Part shown: piece after piece, positions 11,101-19,628 of the stretch | Numbering within the stretch: position 1 is the first letter of the stretch | Layout: each line of letters opens with the position of its first letter | Source: Candidatus Heimdallarchaeota archaeon | GTDB taxonomy: Archaea; Asgardarchaeota; Heimdallarchaeia; Hodarchaeales; Hodarchaeaceae | Direction of reading: 5' to 3' | Length of the DNA: 64,000 nt | Assembly: GCA_020353515.1 (NCBI GenBank) | Contig: CP070695.1 | Span: 3,742,277-3,806,276, forward strand | Program-made: the position numbers and the translations under genes | The notes under the pieces: generated by a model | What the model saw: the letters and a program-made list of their open reading frames with translations, nothing else | What the model was told of the DNA's origin: nothing | Database searches by the model: none

Positions 11101-11589
11101 GCATTAATTTTGTCAGCAATTCAGTTGACTCTTCGAACAACAGACATCTCTTTGACCTCTATTCTCTTTGGTATATTAATACTCTTCACAATTTTACTAA
11201 TTTCTTCAATAATATCATATATAGGCATTAAAAGACTTAAAAACGAGATTTCACTTGCCTGTATATATACTACAACGGCATGGGTGGTTTTATCATCATT
11301 TTTCTTCACAAATATTGAACTAGTTTTTCTCTGGCTGTTCTTTGGTCCTTTAATGGTGATTGTATTTCTAGCGAAACAGGAGAGAACTATTATTCTAATG
11401 GCTATTATATTCTATTTTATAGCGGGATTGAGATTAATAGAATATACTCTCGAGTTTTTAGTATCGGGAATAGCAGATTGGGTAACAATTCTTGGATTGA
11501 TAGTCTTTGGAATAGAATTAGTTTCATTAGGAATATATTCATCCATATCTGGGAAAAATAAAAAAACCACTTTGGTTCATGAAGTTTGA
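8104..11589 (+). CDS. Zinc-ribbon-headed very large polytopic membrane protein
   Basis: CSSCG...FCTQCG zinc ribbon, then ~1070 aa of nearly continuous TM helices with short loops. Confidence 0.8.
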   Translation: MVSKESPHKCSSCGNPLLPHAKFCTQCGHKIQIDPITPSVHKEPDVEQPPVKESLPKEDIISDVEPSVSISRELKTTFDQGFELLASLRENLSSVIVILGIFSILAAVAFTVIVLLPREIISDIEIPPLEGFIFDLFVIFGLIGLLAKETLVYLGYIPKKETLDRWFSFVLLLLFWTNMITFSIGLVITSLFFQIGLDLPAVFVFLSLIIFVIAFLYFRRYQESLFSCTFIISVMSIVYLVQWIAPVDPMIYTTVVFLVVAGVVIISYQAKDLIIFTGLSVLLPLMFLSPYLLSNSIVIAIILLLVLFPFVEITIQKLILDKEELNWIKPLGELSSTFGMFNVSFSVFYGHLLPELSILILMIPVLGSISLKVFYSDFRRLPLRDGATIIFLVFTLVFFDFILENLLILFGVAVLLVIYSTFTVFEYVNVRQEKLLRYVELLLIASLVVVSMTRLLFIWKICLVLIPLFSLLVLIQQKKPINYQTARGFVFGSEVLILLAFIQSPAFDLLIIPIFSFIAIIGIIILFILNKEESRIRYSLDLTIFSLIFEATLLVMMLWTESSVEMLYPVVILIFLTIMISITQIRQRITPNFLWINSSFIICFGLMSYWNEFEVIWTVFTVFLTVLPMLFEGFLIKNKENNSITESTIKSRNLNISISAIGLALIVFFEELDPISHSVIFITIPIIWVVLYFLDKQYFNSLSELLMIISPGLIFSFEMLLKQTIFTPITDIKYLYLTLLAFSIPVISLQVNHFLKRKTKAPINPIIIGTTLSSLIIMIALWTYTLHSTEYLFLISGLLLALIVSTFLVKWQYESILLLLVSFFPSTIYAGFFDLPSSLLLYLIPIFPLLLNFVMGLKYLKTDLSVYSHEFIMLAYFGILILFSPIKLIEYTTFLFALFQTSWLFLGLLKRVLNQKILVLTNLVNSAFVLVLMAFIEPLITESFLIELGIRFPLRTTLIGLILIVVTIVMLIHLVSWQIRELETDLSYLMALILIFNSSALILSAIQLTLRTTDISLTSILFGILILFTILLISSIISYIGIKRLKNEISLACIYTTTAWVVLSSFFFTNIELVFLWLFFGPLMVIVFLAKQERTIILMAIIFYFIAGLRLIEYTLEFLVSGIADWVTILGLIVFGIELVSLGIYSSISGKNKKTTLVHEV

Positions 11590-11597
11590 GAATAAGT

Positions 11598-11612
11598 AAA
11601 GCCTTTTTAGAT
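11598..11612 (+). promoter_or_regulatory. BRE/TATA-like motif upstream of paralog 1
   Basis: AAAGCCTTTTTAGAT; near-identical motif upstream of paralog 2. Confidence 0.4.
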
Positions 11613-11679
11613 TGTTAGTTTATAATTAACTAGGTAACAATACTAACAGCAGAAAACAAGGTCAATAGGAAATTTCTCA

Positions 11680-12711
11680 ATGAACACGGATCAACGACGT
11701 TTATATCTGAATAATTGGGCAATTCTTACTACAGAAAACGAAGTTAAATGGCATTTTGGGGATATCGATAAAGAAAAACTTGATCAAACAGTTGATTTTG
11801 TGAAATCGGTCTCTCGTCTTGGAGCTGAACTTTGGGGTCAAGGGATCGGAGTTGTGAGGTTAAGATATCCACGGCCACATCCTAGTCAGGCACGAGAAAT
11901 TATGATTGTGAACTTATCCAGTAAAATGAAAAGTTTTAACATTGTAATTTCTGACCCTTTAGTCACCACGAGATTGATGAGCCGAATAGAAGTAGAAACT
12001 GCTCCATGGGATGAAATGAGAAGTATTTTGGCTGGTGGTGCATCTGTGATTTATTCCCAGTTCTATTCCCAAGAAGGTGCCTTAGATAGTAGTGTTGTAG
12101 ATGCACTGTTCCAAGAAGCAGTAAATGCAGTAACCTATAATGAATATGTTACAGTCGGAAACGGTGAGTGTTCTTTCTCTGCATTGAGTTTTGAAGAATT
12201 GTTGTTTTTTCATGCCCTACTGAGGGAGTTATTCGAATCTTATTATTCAACAATGATACCTAGCAATCCATGGGGAGTTATTCATTCAACTAATGGTGTC
12301 CCTGTTCATTTACAATACAATCCCCCTTTAGATGCTGCTCTGATCAGTGCATTCTCAGCTGTTATTGTAAATTACTGTCAACTGCTTTTTGAAGCTTATC
12401 CTGCCCGTCTTGTCTTCGGAGCTCATTCCATGCAAGGAATGGACTTTATTTCGACAGAGGAAAATGTATTCGTCGTTAATAATCCAAGGAAACTATTAGG
12501 ATTACAAAAATTTCAAAGAGAGTGGAAAAAAACCCAAAAAATCACTCCCGAGGTAATCCATGATCTCGCACCAGCCATGAAGGAGTATTTTATAGATCTT
12601 TCAATACAAGGCCAACGTGAAAAGCTTAAAAACTTGGAATTTCACCGTGTGATTAATTATTTCACACGAATGGGTATTAGACGGGCAAGGGCATATAGAT
12701 TACCTAAATAA
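11680..12711 (+). CDS. Hypothetical protein, candidate tandem longin/roadblock-like domains (paralog 1)
   Basis: Two beta-beta-alpha-beta-beta-beta segments, including WGVIHSTNGVPV...DAALISAFSAVIVNYC; strongly similar to the next gene. Confidence 0.55.
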   Translation: MNTDQRRLYLNNWAILTTENEVKWHFGDIDKEKLDQTVDFVKSVSRLGAELWGQGIGVVRLRYPRPHPSQAREIMIVNLSSKMKSFNIVISDPLVTTRLMSRIEVETAPWDEMRSILAGGASVIYSQFYSQEGALDSSVVDALFQEAVNAVTYNEYVTVGNGECSFSALSFEELLFFHALLRELFESYYSTMIPSNPWGVIHSTNGVPVHLQYNPPLDAALISAFSAVIVNYCQLLFEAYPARLVFGAHSMQGMDFISTEENVFVVNNPRKLLGLQKFQREWKKTQKITPEVIHDLAPAMKEYFIDLSIQGQREKLKNLEFHRVINYFTRMGIRRARAYRLPK

Positions 12712-12799
12712 AACGAAAAAACCTTCTAGTTCTTAGAACTCAATACAATCAGAATCCTAGTTTTATTTTCTTGTAACTCTATATACAGAACCATATTAC

Positions 12800-12813
12800 A
12801 AAGCTTTTTAGAT
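12800..12813 (+). promoter_or_regulatory. BRE/TATA-like motif upstream of paralog 2
   Basis: AAAGCTTTTTAGAT, matching 11598-11612. Confidence 0.4.
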
Positions 12814-12854
12814 ACTTCTTTGAGGCATTTTAGATTGAGAACATAAATAATGAA

Positions 12855-13889
12855 TTGGAACCGTATACATTGAATGAAACTTCGCATCGATTATACCTCA
12901 ATAATTGGGCTATTCTGAGTTCTGAGAACGAGGTTAAATGGCATTTTGGAGATATTGATGACGAAAGGTTAATTCAAACTCTCTACTTTGTCAAGGCACT
13001 CGGTAAACTTGGAGCTGAAATCCTAGGACAAGTTATTGGTGTAATTCGACTTCGCTACCCACGATCTCATCCAACACAAGCCAGAGAAATTATGGTTGTT
13101 TCTCTAATGGATAAATATAATATTGTAATTTCTGATCCATTAGTGACAACTAGATTGATGAGTAAAATAGAATCTGACTCAGATCCCATGCCCACATTTG
13201 ATGATATGCGCAGTATTTTAGCAGGTGGAGCGAGTGTTATTTATTCACAATTCTATTCTCAAGAAGAAGTCCTAGATAGGCAGATTGTCGATTCCCTTTT
13301 TCAAGAAGCTGTCAGCGCTGTAACTTACAAGGATGATGTATATGTCGGAAATGGCACATGTTCATTCTCAGCATTGAGCCTAGAAGAACTCCTTTTTTTC
13401 CATGCCCTTCTTAAAGAAGTTTTTGAATCATATTATTCAGTAATGGTTCCTGGCCAACCTTGGGGAATCATCAGTGCATCTTCAGGTGCAGATCTATATC
13501 TAACATATGATCCTCCTGTTGATGCGGCTTTAATAAGCTCTTTTTCCTCTGTTATCACTAATTACACGCGTTTTCTTTTTGAAGCGTTTCCTGCCAGATT
13601 AATCTTTGGTATAGCTCAGCAATCTGCAATGGACTTCATTGCTACAGATAAAAACCTCTTTGTAATTAATAATCCTAGAAAGCTGTTCCGTTTGCAAAAA
13701 TTTCAACGAAAGTGGAGAAAAGTTCCCTCTACCGTTGCGCATGATCTTGCACCTGCTATGAAGGAATATTTTACTGAACTTATCCTTCAGGAGCGCCAAG
13801 AGAGTATCAAAAAACTGAAATTTCATCAGATTATTAACCTAATGACTCATATGGGAATTCATCGCGCTCGTAAATACAAAATACCGTAA
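12855..13889 (+). CDS. Hypothetical protein, candidate tandem longin/roadblock-like domains (paralog 2)
   Basis: Shares RLYLNNWAIL, ENEVKWHFGDID, ISDPLVTTRLMS, MRSILAGGASVIYSQFYSQE and HDLAPAMKEYF with 11680..12711. Confidence 0.55.
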   Translation: MEPYTLNETSHRLYLNNWAILSSENEVKWHFGDIDDERLIQTLYFVKALGKLGAEILGQVIGVIRLRYPRSHPTQAREIMVVSLMDKYNIVISDPLVTTRLMSKIESDSDPMPTFDDMRSILAGGASVIYSQFYSQEEVLDRQIVDSLFQEAVSAVTYKDDVYVGNGTCSFSALSLEELLFFHALLKEVFESYYSVMVPGQPWGIISASSGADLYLTYDPPVDAALISSFSSVITNYTRFLFEAFPARLIFGIAQQSAMDFIATDKNLFVINNPRKLFRLQKFQRKWRKVPSTVAHDLAPAMKEYFTELILQERQESIKKLKFHQIINLMTHMGIHRARKYKIP

Positions 13890-13901
13890 TATTTTTCTTT
13901 T

Positions 13902-14066
13902 TTACTGATAATGTTCTTCTTGAATGATCTCTTTTCCGCAACGTTTGCATTTATATACACGAAGTTCATCGTATTCGTGTTTAGCTAACTCCTTCTTCTC
14001 AATTACTGATTTTTCACTGGAGATTATTCGATAAGCATGACCAAACATCATACACCTAAATCGCAT
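13902..14066 (-). CDS. 54-aa zinc-binding microprotein, DUF1660-like (not in ORF track)
   Basis: Manual translation MRFRCMMFGHAYRIISSEKSVIEKKELAKHEYDELRVYKCKRCGKEIIQEEHYQ*; CxxFGH...CxRCG pattern; GGAG SD upstream; follows ybaK on the same strand. Confidence 0.8.
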   Translation of the reverse strand: MRFRCMMFGHAYRIISSEKSVIEKKELAKHEYDELRVYKCKRCGKEIIQEEHYQ

Positions 14067-14081
14067 CTGATTTATTCTCCT

Positions 14082-14573
14082 TTAAATCGCAATAGACACA
14101 TCAGCGATGAGGGGATGAGTACAGTCCAGAAGTTCATCGATTGATATAGCAAGAAGCTTTGAGGAAGCACCACCTCCTCCATATAATCTTGACGATTTTG
14201 AGACTTCTAGTACAAGTTCATCTAAAATAACTGGTAGAACGATACTAATAGGGGGAACATCACCCACTTTATACCCAGTTTCTTTTTCAACCTGTCCAGG
14301 AGAGGCTAGTTTAACATCTTTTACGTTCAACAACTTCTTGATCTTTTTTGTTTTTATTTTTCGATTTCCTTGAAGAATAACAAGAAAAAATTCGTTTGTA
14401 TTTGTCACTACAATGATTGATTTAATTATATCCTCAGCTCTACAACCTAATGCTTGAACACTTTCATCGACGGTCTTAGTTGAAGTTTCTAGAGAAATAA
14501 TTTTTGCCTTTAGTTGGTTTTCACTGATATATCCCTGGAGTCGTATTGAAGAATCTTTCATCAGTTTACTCAC
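14082..14573 (-). CDS. ybaK: YbaK/EbsC-family aminoacyl-tRNA deacylase
   Basis: IIKSI, TGYKVGDVPP, YGGGG motifs. Confidence 0.9.
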   Translation of the reverse strand: MSKLMKDSSIRLQGYISENQLKAKIISLETSTKTVDESVQALGCRAEDIIKSIIVVTNTNEFFLVILQGNRKIKTKKIKKLLNVKDVKLASPGQVEKETGYKVGDVPPISIVLPVILDELVLEVSKSSRLYGGGGASSKLLAISIDELLDCTHPLIADVSIAI

Positions 14574-14577
14574 TATT

Positions 14578-15393
14578 TTAACGTATTAATCCCCCAATAG
14601 CAGTTATTTGAATTCCTCTTTCTTCTAATCTATCTAAAAATGGATTTATTCCTATAGAATCAGAAGCTAAATGTCCTGTAATAAGGAGCTGTCCATAGTT
14701 TAGGTTTAATATCTGGGATAATTCTACTGGTGCGATATGAATATAAATGACCGTATCCACATCATACTGATAATAACAATCAGCAATTGGAAAGCCCCCA
14801 TTGGTGAATGCTCCATGGCTAAATATCCAATTTCCCAATGAATCGCTCTCATTCCCCTTAGCAACTTCAATTTTGGTTTTAGCCTCCCTAAATTCTAAAA
14901 AAGAGGTTTCTAGATGAGTTCTTACCTCATGTAGAAGTGGATTCTCATCCTGTTCTTCTAACTTTTCAATTGATTCAGTTATTAACCTTCTTCCAAGTTC
15001 ATCAGAGGGGCAATGAATGTTGAGAAATGGCATCCTAATTAATCGTGCAAATGAAGGAATCGCATCGTAATTTCTGGCATGTGACCCGAATTTAAATCCC
15101 ATCATTTTTTTGTCAATAACCTTTTGGGCTGTTTCAATTGTTACACCCTTTGAGATTAATTGATCTAGATGTCTTTGAAAGACCTGAAAGTGGTTGACCA
15201 AGCCTACGGGGTGATGAGCTATAACGCAATCGAATCCTTGCTCTTTGGCATAAAGGAGTTCAGCTACCCCTATATCGATTCCATAAAGAATATTGTTGAT
15301 ATTTTCTCCATGAACATATACTGCAGAGTCAACGGGCAGTTCACTCATGCCCACTAGATCAAGCGCAACCTTAATAATGTCGTCTGTATGCAC
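14578..15393 (-). CDS. NIF3-like dinuclear metal-centre protein
   Basis: GIDIG, IAHHP, NIHCPSD, GHLASDSIG motifs. Confidence 0.8.
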   Translation of the reverse strand: MHTDDIIKVALDLVGMSELPVDSAVYVHGENINNILYGIDIGVAELLYAKEQGFDCVIAHHPVGLVNHFQVFQRHLDQLISKGVTIETAQKVIDKKMMGFKFGSHARNYDAIPSFARLIRMPFLNIHCPSDELGRRLITESIEKLEEQDENPLLHEVRTHLETSFLEFREAKTKIEVAKGNESDSLGNWIFSHGAFTNGGFPIADCYYQYDVDTVIYIHIAPVELSQILNLNYGQLLITGHLASDSIGINPFLDRLEERGIQITAIGGLIR

Positions 15394-15505
15394 GTTTCAA
15401 ACCTCAGACACCCTATGATAGTGTATTGTACTTATTTTGATCAATACATGGTATTTTCAAAAAAGATCGAATAGTTTTTGTCAAGGAAAGAGAAGTTATC
15501 TCATT

Positions 15506-17242
15506 ATGAATGATGAGCCCATTTGGTACAAAAATTACCCAGAAAACGTCCCAAAAACCTTGGATTATCCATTGAAAAGTCTAGCTGATGTTTTAATCGA
15601 AAATGCCAGAGAATTCCCAAATAATCCCGCATTACTACTTGCAGGGAAACAATTTCACACTACCAGGATTACCTATGAACAACTTAACAGGTTCTCAACT
15701 AATTTTGCTAAACATCTTCACAAACTTGGTATTCAAAAGGGTGACAGGGTCGCTCTTTTCTTGCCTAATTTTCCAGAATTCGTTATCGCTTTCTATGGGA
15801 TCCAAAAATTAGGGGCAATAGTTGCCCCGTTAAACATAATGTTTACCCTGAAAGAATTAGAGTACCATATCAAGGATTCCAGAGCCAAAATAGTAGTGAC
15901 AATTAATGTGAAGAGTGGAGAACATGCATTTCTAGATCTGATTCATACTGTCGCCCAGAATGTCGGTCAACTTGATCACATAATTGTGGCTTCTATTAAA
16001 CCGTATATTGGAAAAGTGAAGGGGTTCCTTGGAGGATTGCTTGGTAAAATAGTAAAACTAAACCCTGATGATATTCCTTTCGAAAGAATGATTCAAGATG
16101 ATGAAACTATTTCTTACCCAGAGCCAAAATTCGACCCCAAAACTGATGTTGCCATGATTCCTTACACTGGAGGCACTACGGGGTTACCTAAGGGGGTTAT
16201 GCTGACTCATTGGAATTTACTCACTAATTGTTATGCTGCACTTCATTGGATGATTCCTATTTACAATGGACTACCAGAAAAGGGTATACATCGATTCCTT
16301 GCTGCTTTACCTCTTTTTCATTTGTTTGGAGGGGCTTTAGCTATGCTTCTCCCTATTTTCTTGGCTGATGAAATAATATTAGTGCCAAATCCTAGAGAAA
16401 GGAAATTCACGGAGTTATTAGAACTTATAGACACTTATAAACCAAGTTTTCTCCCATTTGTTCCCACTGGGTTTATTGCTTTACTCAATCATCCTCAATT
16501 TAAGAATTATGACTTGAAATCTATTGACTTCTGCCTGACAGGAGCTGCTCCTCTACCTGTTGAAGTGATGAAACAATTTGAGGAAGCAAGCGGGTCTACC
16601 CTCTTAGAGGGATGGGGGTTAACAGAAACATCACCAATAGCTAGTGCTAATACGCCATTAAATCGAAAAATTGGATCAGTGGGGATACCTTTCATAGATA
16701 CGAGTGTGAAAATCTTTGATTTGGATGATAAGGAAGTGGAGTTAAAAATAGGAGAAAACGGAGAACTTGGCATTAAGGGGCCTCAAGTGATGAAAGGTTA
16801 CTGGAATAAACCAGAAGAAACTTGCAATGTCATGAATAACCAAGGATACTTTATGACGGGTGATATTGGACATATGGACGATGATGGGTTCATTTATATT
16901 GAGGATCGTAAAAAAGATATGATCATCGCTTCTGGGTTCAAAGTTTTTCCTCGTGAAGTAGAAGAATATTTTTTTGAACATCCAGAAATCGAAAATGTGG
17001 CGATTGTAGGAATACCTGATAAATATCGAGGTGAAAGACCTAAAGCTTTCATTATCTTAAAACAAGGAGCAACTTGTACTGATATTGACCTTATGGAGTA
17101 CGCTAAGAAAGGTCTATCAAAGTATAAAGTACCTAAAGAAATTGAAATACGAGATTCTCTCCCTTTAAGTGCAGTAGGAAAGGTTTTACGGCGTTTATTA
17201 AGAGAGGACGAGAAAAGTATGTTAAATAATAATCCTAACTAG
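15506..17242 (+). CDS. fadD: Long-chain fatty-acid--CoA ligase
   Basis: YTGGTTGLPKG, GWGLTE, TGDIG, DRKKD, GKVLRR adenylate-forming motifs. ATG at 15506 is preferred to TTG at 15437. Confidence 0.93.
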   Translation: MNDEPIWYKNYPENVPKTLDYPLKSLADVLIENAREFPNNPALLLAGKQFHTTRITYEQLNRFSTNFAKHLHKLGIQKGDRVALFLPNFPEFVIAFYGIQKLGAIVAPLNIMFTLKELEYHIKDSRAKIVVTINVKSGEHAFLDLIHTVAQNVGQLDHIIVASIKPYIGKVKGFLGGLLGKIVKLNPDDIPFERMIQDDETISYPEPKFDPKTDVAMIPYTGGTTGLPKGVMLTHWNLLTNCYAALHWMIPIYNGLPEKGIHRFLAALPLFHLFGGALAMLLPIFLADEIILVPNPRERKFTELLELIDTYKPSFLPFVPTGFIALLNHPQFKNYDLKSIDFCLTGAAPLPVEVMKQFEEASGSTLLEGWGLTETSPIASANTPLNRKIGSVGIPFIDTSVKIFDLDDKEVELKIGENGELGIKGPQVMKGYWNKPEETCNVMNNQGYFMTGDIGHMDDDGFIYIEDRKKDMIIASGFKVFPREVEEYFFEHPEIENVAIVGIPDKYRGERPKAFIILKQGATCTDIDLMEYAKKGLSKYKVPKEIEIRDSLPLSAVGKVLRRLLREDEKSMLNNNPN

Positions 17243-17265
17243 TGTTTTCCTTTTTTTTTGAAGAT

Positions 17266-18045
17266 TTAGTTATTATCTTCTGAATTTGGGCGATTTTCAA
17301 ATCTATTTGGGGTTTTTAGGGCATAGGTACAAGAGGTTTGTAAGAAGCACTCTAAACACATTGGATTGTTTTTTTGGCAATAATTCTGGCCATGAACCAC
17401 TACTAAGGCATGAAATCGGCCTAATACTTCAAAATTTTTCTCCAGCACTTTAATTATTTCTTCTTGAATAATCTCGTATTTTTTTCTTAAATAATCTATA
17501 TCCCCGTAGATTCGAGCTAAGAAACGTCTAGTATATGTCCCAACAATCGGTACAGGTTGCTGAAAACAATACACTAAAATCGAATCGGCTGTCTCTTTTC
17601 CAACACCTTTACATGCTAGTAATTCTTCACGAGAGGGTGTATGTTCATTAAGAATACAAGTTGAAAGTAAATTACTTAAGGATTTAAGGTAAATTGATTT
17701 TTGTATATAGAAACCAGCGGGTTTAATAAGTTCTTCAAGGTCTTCTTTTTCTATTTTCTGCAGTTCTTCAAAAGAGAACACATTAGCTCGTTTTAAATTA
17801 GCGATTGCTTTGTTTACATTTCTCCAATTAGTGTTCTGAACTAAAATTGTCCCGACTGCTACTTCATAAGTTTCTAAAGTGCTTTTTTCACCCTTAATCC
17901 AAAGCTCCCACGTTTCTGCATGGGGATCAAGTCGAATGTAATAGTCCTTTAGCTGTTCATGGACTTTGGAGATCAAATTTCGGCAGCACCTTGATAAAAC
18001 AAACTCTTTTGAATTTATTATCAATTTAATTCTAAAATTCCTCAT
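17266..18045 (-). CDS. Endonuclease III-like HhH-GPD protein with 4Fe-4S motif; catalytic Asp apparently absent
   Basis: ILVQNTNW, IKPAGFY, HhH KGVGKETAD, C-X6-C-X2-C-X5-C; IVGTY in place of VDxY. Confidence 0.85.
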   Translation of the reverse strand: MRNFRIKLIINSKEFVLSRCCRNLISKVHEQLKDYYIRLDPHAETWELWIKGEKSTLETYEVAVGTILVQNTNWRNVNKAIANLKRANVFSFEELQKIEKEDLEELIKPAGFYIQKSIYLKSLSNLLSTCILNEHTPSREELLACKGVGKETADSILVYCFQQPVPIVGTYTRRFLARIYGDIDYLRKKYEIIQEEIIKVLEKNFEVLGRFHALVVVHGQNYCQKNNPMCLECFLQTSCTYALKTPNRFENRPNSEDNN

Positions 18046-18306
18046 TCAAAAGAAAAACTTTCTTCTTCATCCATCAACATTTAGGATTCTGTTGAGACAA
18101 GATGAGATTCTAATTATTTTTTTAAAAGCTTTAGTGCCTCAGGGTATGTTGTAAGGTTTGTCTCCACTCGTAATGAAAATTATTCTAGAAAATAAAAATA
18201 CTAGGTAAAATGTTAATAATATCGGGTTGTAATTATAAATTAATGGTAATTTCGGAGGTATTCTCTAGAATATTTTTTATATCTGCCCTTTTAGAAACTA
18301 TCTTGT

Positions 18307-18720
18307 ATGAAAACTCACGGAATAGACCTTAGAATGGAAGATCTAGCATGGCAGACAATGATAGTAAGTCTATTCCGGCAAACCGAAAGACAAACCCTTA
18401 ACCTTATTCTGTCTATAGTTGGGGTTACGACTCCTGAAGACGCGACAACATTAATTAATAACATTTTTCGTTTAGTTAGAAAAAGTATTATCTATATTCC
18501 AGAAGCTAGACTTAAAATCATTCATGATGCTCCTGAAATGGTTGATGTATATTTAATCAAAGCTTTTGATGAAGCTATGAAGGAACTGGCTCAAGAATTA
18601 GATGAATTACGAGGAAAAGTGGCTCATAGCTCTAAAATGAAACAGATACCCCAGAAAGTTTTAATTGATCTTGAGAATTATGCCTCAGGTAAGTACATTG
18701 AGAGATTTCACTTCAAATGA
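18307..18720 (+). CDS. Hypothetical helical protein (possible wHTH + coiled coil)
   Basis: 137-aa ORF with normal composition that fills the gap; no clear family. Confidence 0.6.
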   Translation: MKTHGIDLRMEDLAWQTMIVSLFRQTERQTLNLILSIVGVTTPEDATTLINNIFRLVRKSIIYIPEARLKIIHDAPEMVDVYLIKAFDEAMKELAQELDELRGKVAHSSKMKQIPQKVLIDLENYASGKYIERFHFK

Positions 18721-18850
18721 ACAAGTTTTTTGAATTACAATCCACTTTGAACAATTAACAGAAGCCTGTTTGGTTAGAGATCTTTATTAAGGATTTATAC
18801 CCATAGTCTATATCCCAAAACTGAATTGAATGGATCAGGGTGAAGAAAAA

Positions 18851-19489
18851 ATGGGTATTTTTGACCGAGATAAGTTTGGTATTCAACAAAGACACCGGCG
18901 GTTACTTTCAGCACAAGAAGCTTATCACGTGAAAGATGTAGATACGGACCAGGATCTATTATGGATAAAGCGTGACAGATTTGGTCGTAAAACACATATG
19001 CACGTGTTTCCAGGTGACCCCAAATCCGCTCCAGAGATTATGACCATAAAAGACCTCTCATCATTTGATGCTTGGGCAAGTTTTGATATTCTTGACAATG
19101 AAACAAATCAAAATCTGGGCCGAGCTAAACGGAATTTTTGGTCAAGTATTTTCAGAGAAAATTGGACAATATGGGATGGATCTGGAAAGGTAGTAGGGAA
19201 AGTAAAGGCAAGAAGTCTACTAATCAGTCTTATGAGGAATACACGGTGGTTATTTGGCTGGATTCCCATTATTGGCTGGCTAGTTGAAGGATTTGCGTGG
19301 TTAATTCGCTTACAATTTGATATTTATCTCATTCGAGACGATACAGAAGTGAAAGTAGGCGAATTCAATCGAAGAATGACTATTGGAGACAAGTATGTAC
19401 TGGACATGACTGCAGATATTGAACGAACATTTAATCGAAAATTCGCTGTTGCTTTAGCAGTCCTACTTGACTCTGCTGAACAAAGATAA
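18851..19489 (+). CDS. LURP-one/Tubby_C_2/scramblase-like protein
   Basis: Repeated beta-hairpin units (WTIWDGSGKVVGKVK, FDI...VGEFNR, DKYVLD) and C-terminal buried helix AVALAVLLD; SD GGTGA before ATG 18851. Confidence 0.75.
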   Translation: MGIFDRDKFGIQQRHRRLLSAQEAYHVKDVDTDQDLLWIKRDRFGRKTHMHVFPGDPKSAPEIMTIKDLSSFDAWASFDILDNETNQNLGRAKRNFWSSIFRENWTIWDGSGKVVGKVKARSLLISLMRNTRWLFGWIPIIGWLVEGFAWLIRLQFDIYLIRDDTEVKVGEFNRRMTIGDKYVLDMTADIERTFNRKFAVALAVLLDSAEQR

Positions 19490-19628
19490 GCTTAACAAAA
19501 TACGATAACCGTGGAATCTTTTCTATATAGTGGGCAATCTTTTCTGACGATCAACATTTAAAGGGTGTACATTTACGAAAAAACTTAGACTTTTGTCCTT
19601 ATAAAAAACCTACGGAGACAAATGAAGA

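Noticed and set aside
13937-13970. CGCAACGTTT...TTATATAC resembling the 5244-5277 operator
   Set aside because: It lies inside the 13902..14066 coding frame (YKCKRCG) and lacks the TTGCGCAA palindrome; probably coincidence.
18042-18167. Stop-codon reassignment or selenocysteine/pyrrolysine read-through
   Set aside because: The internal stops are TAA, which terminates many genuine genes in this window.
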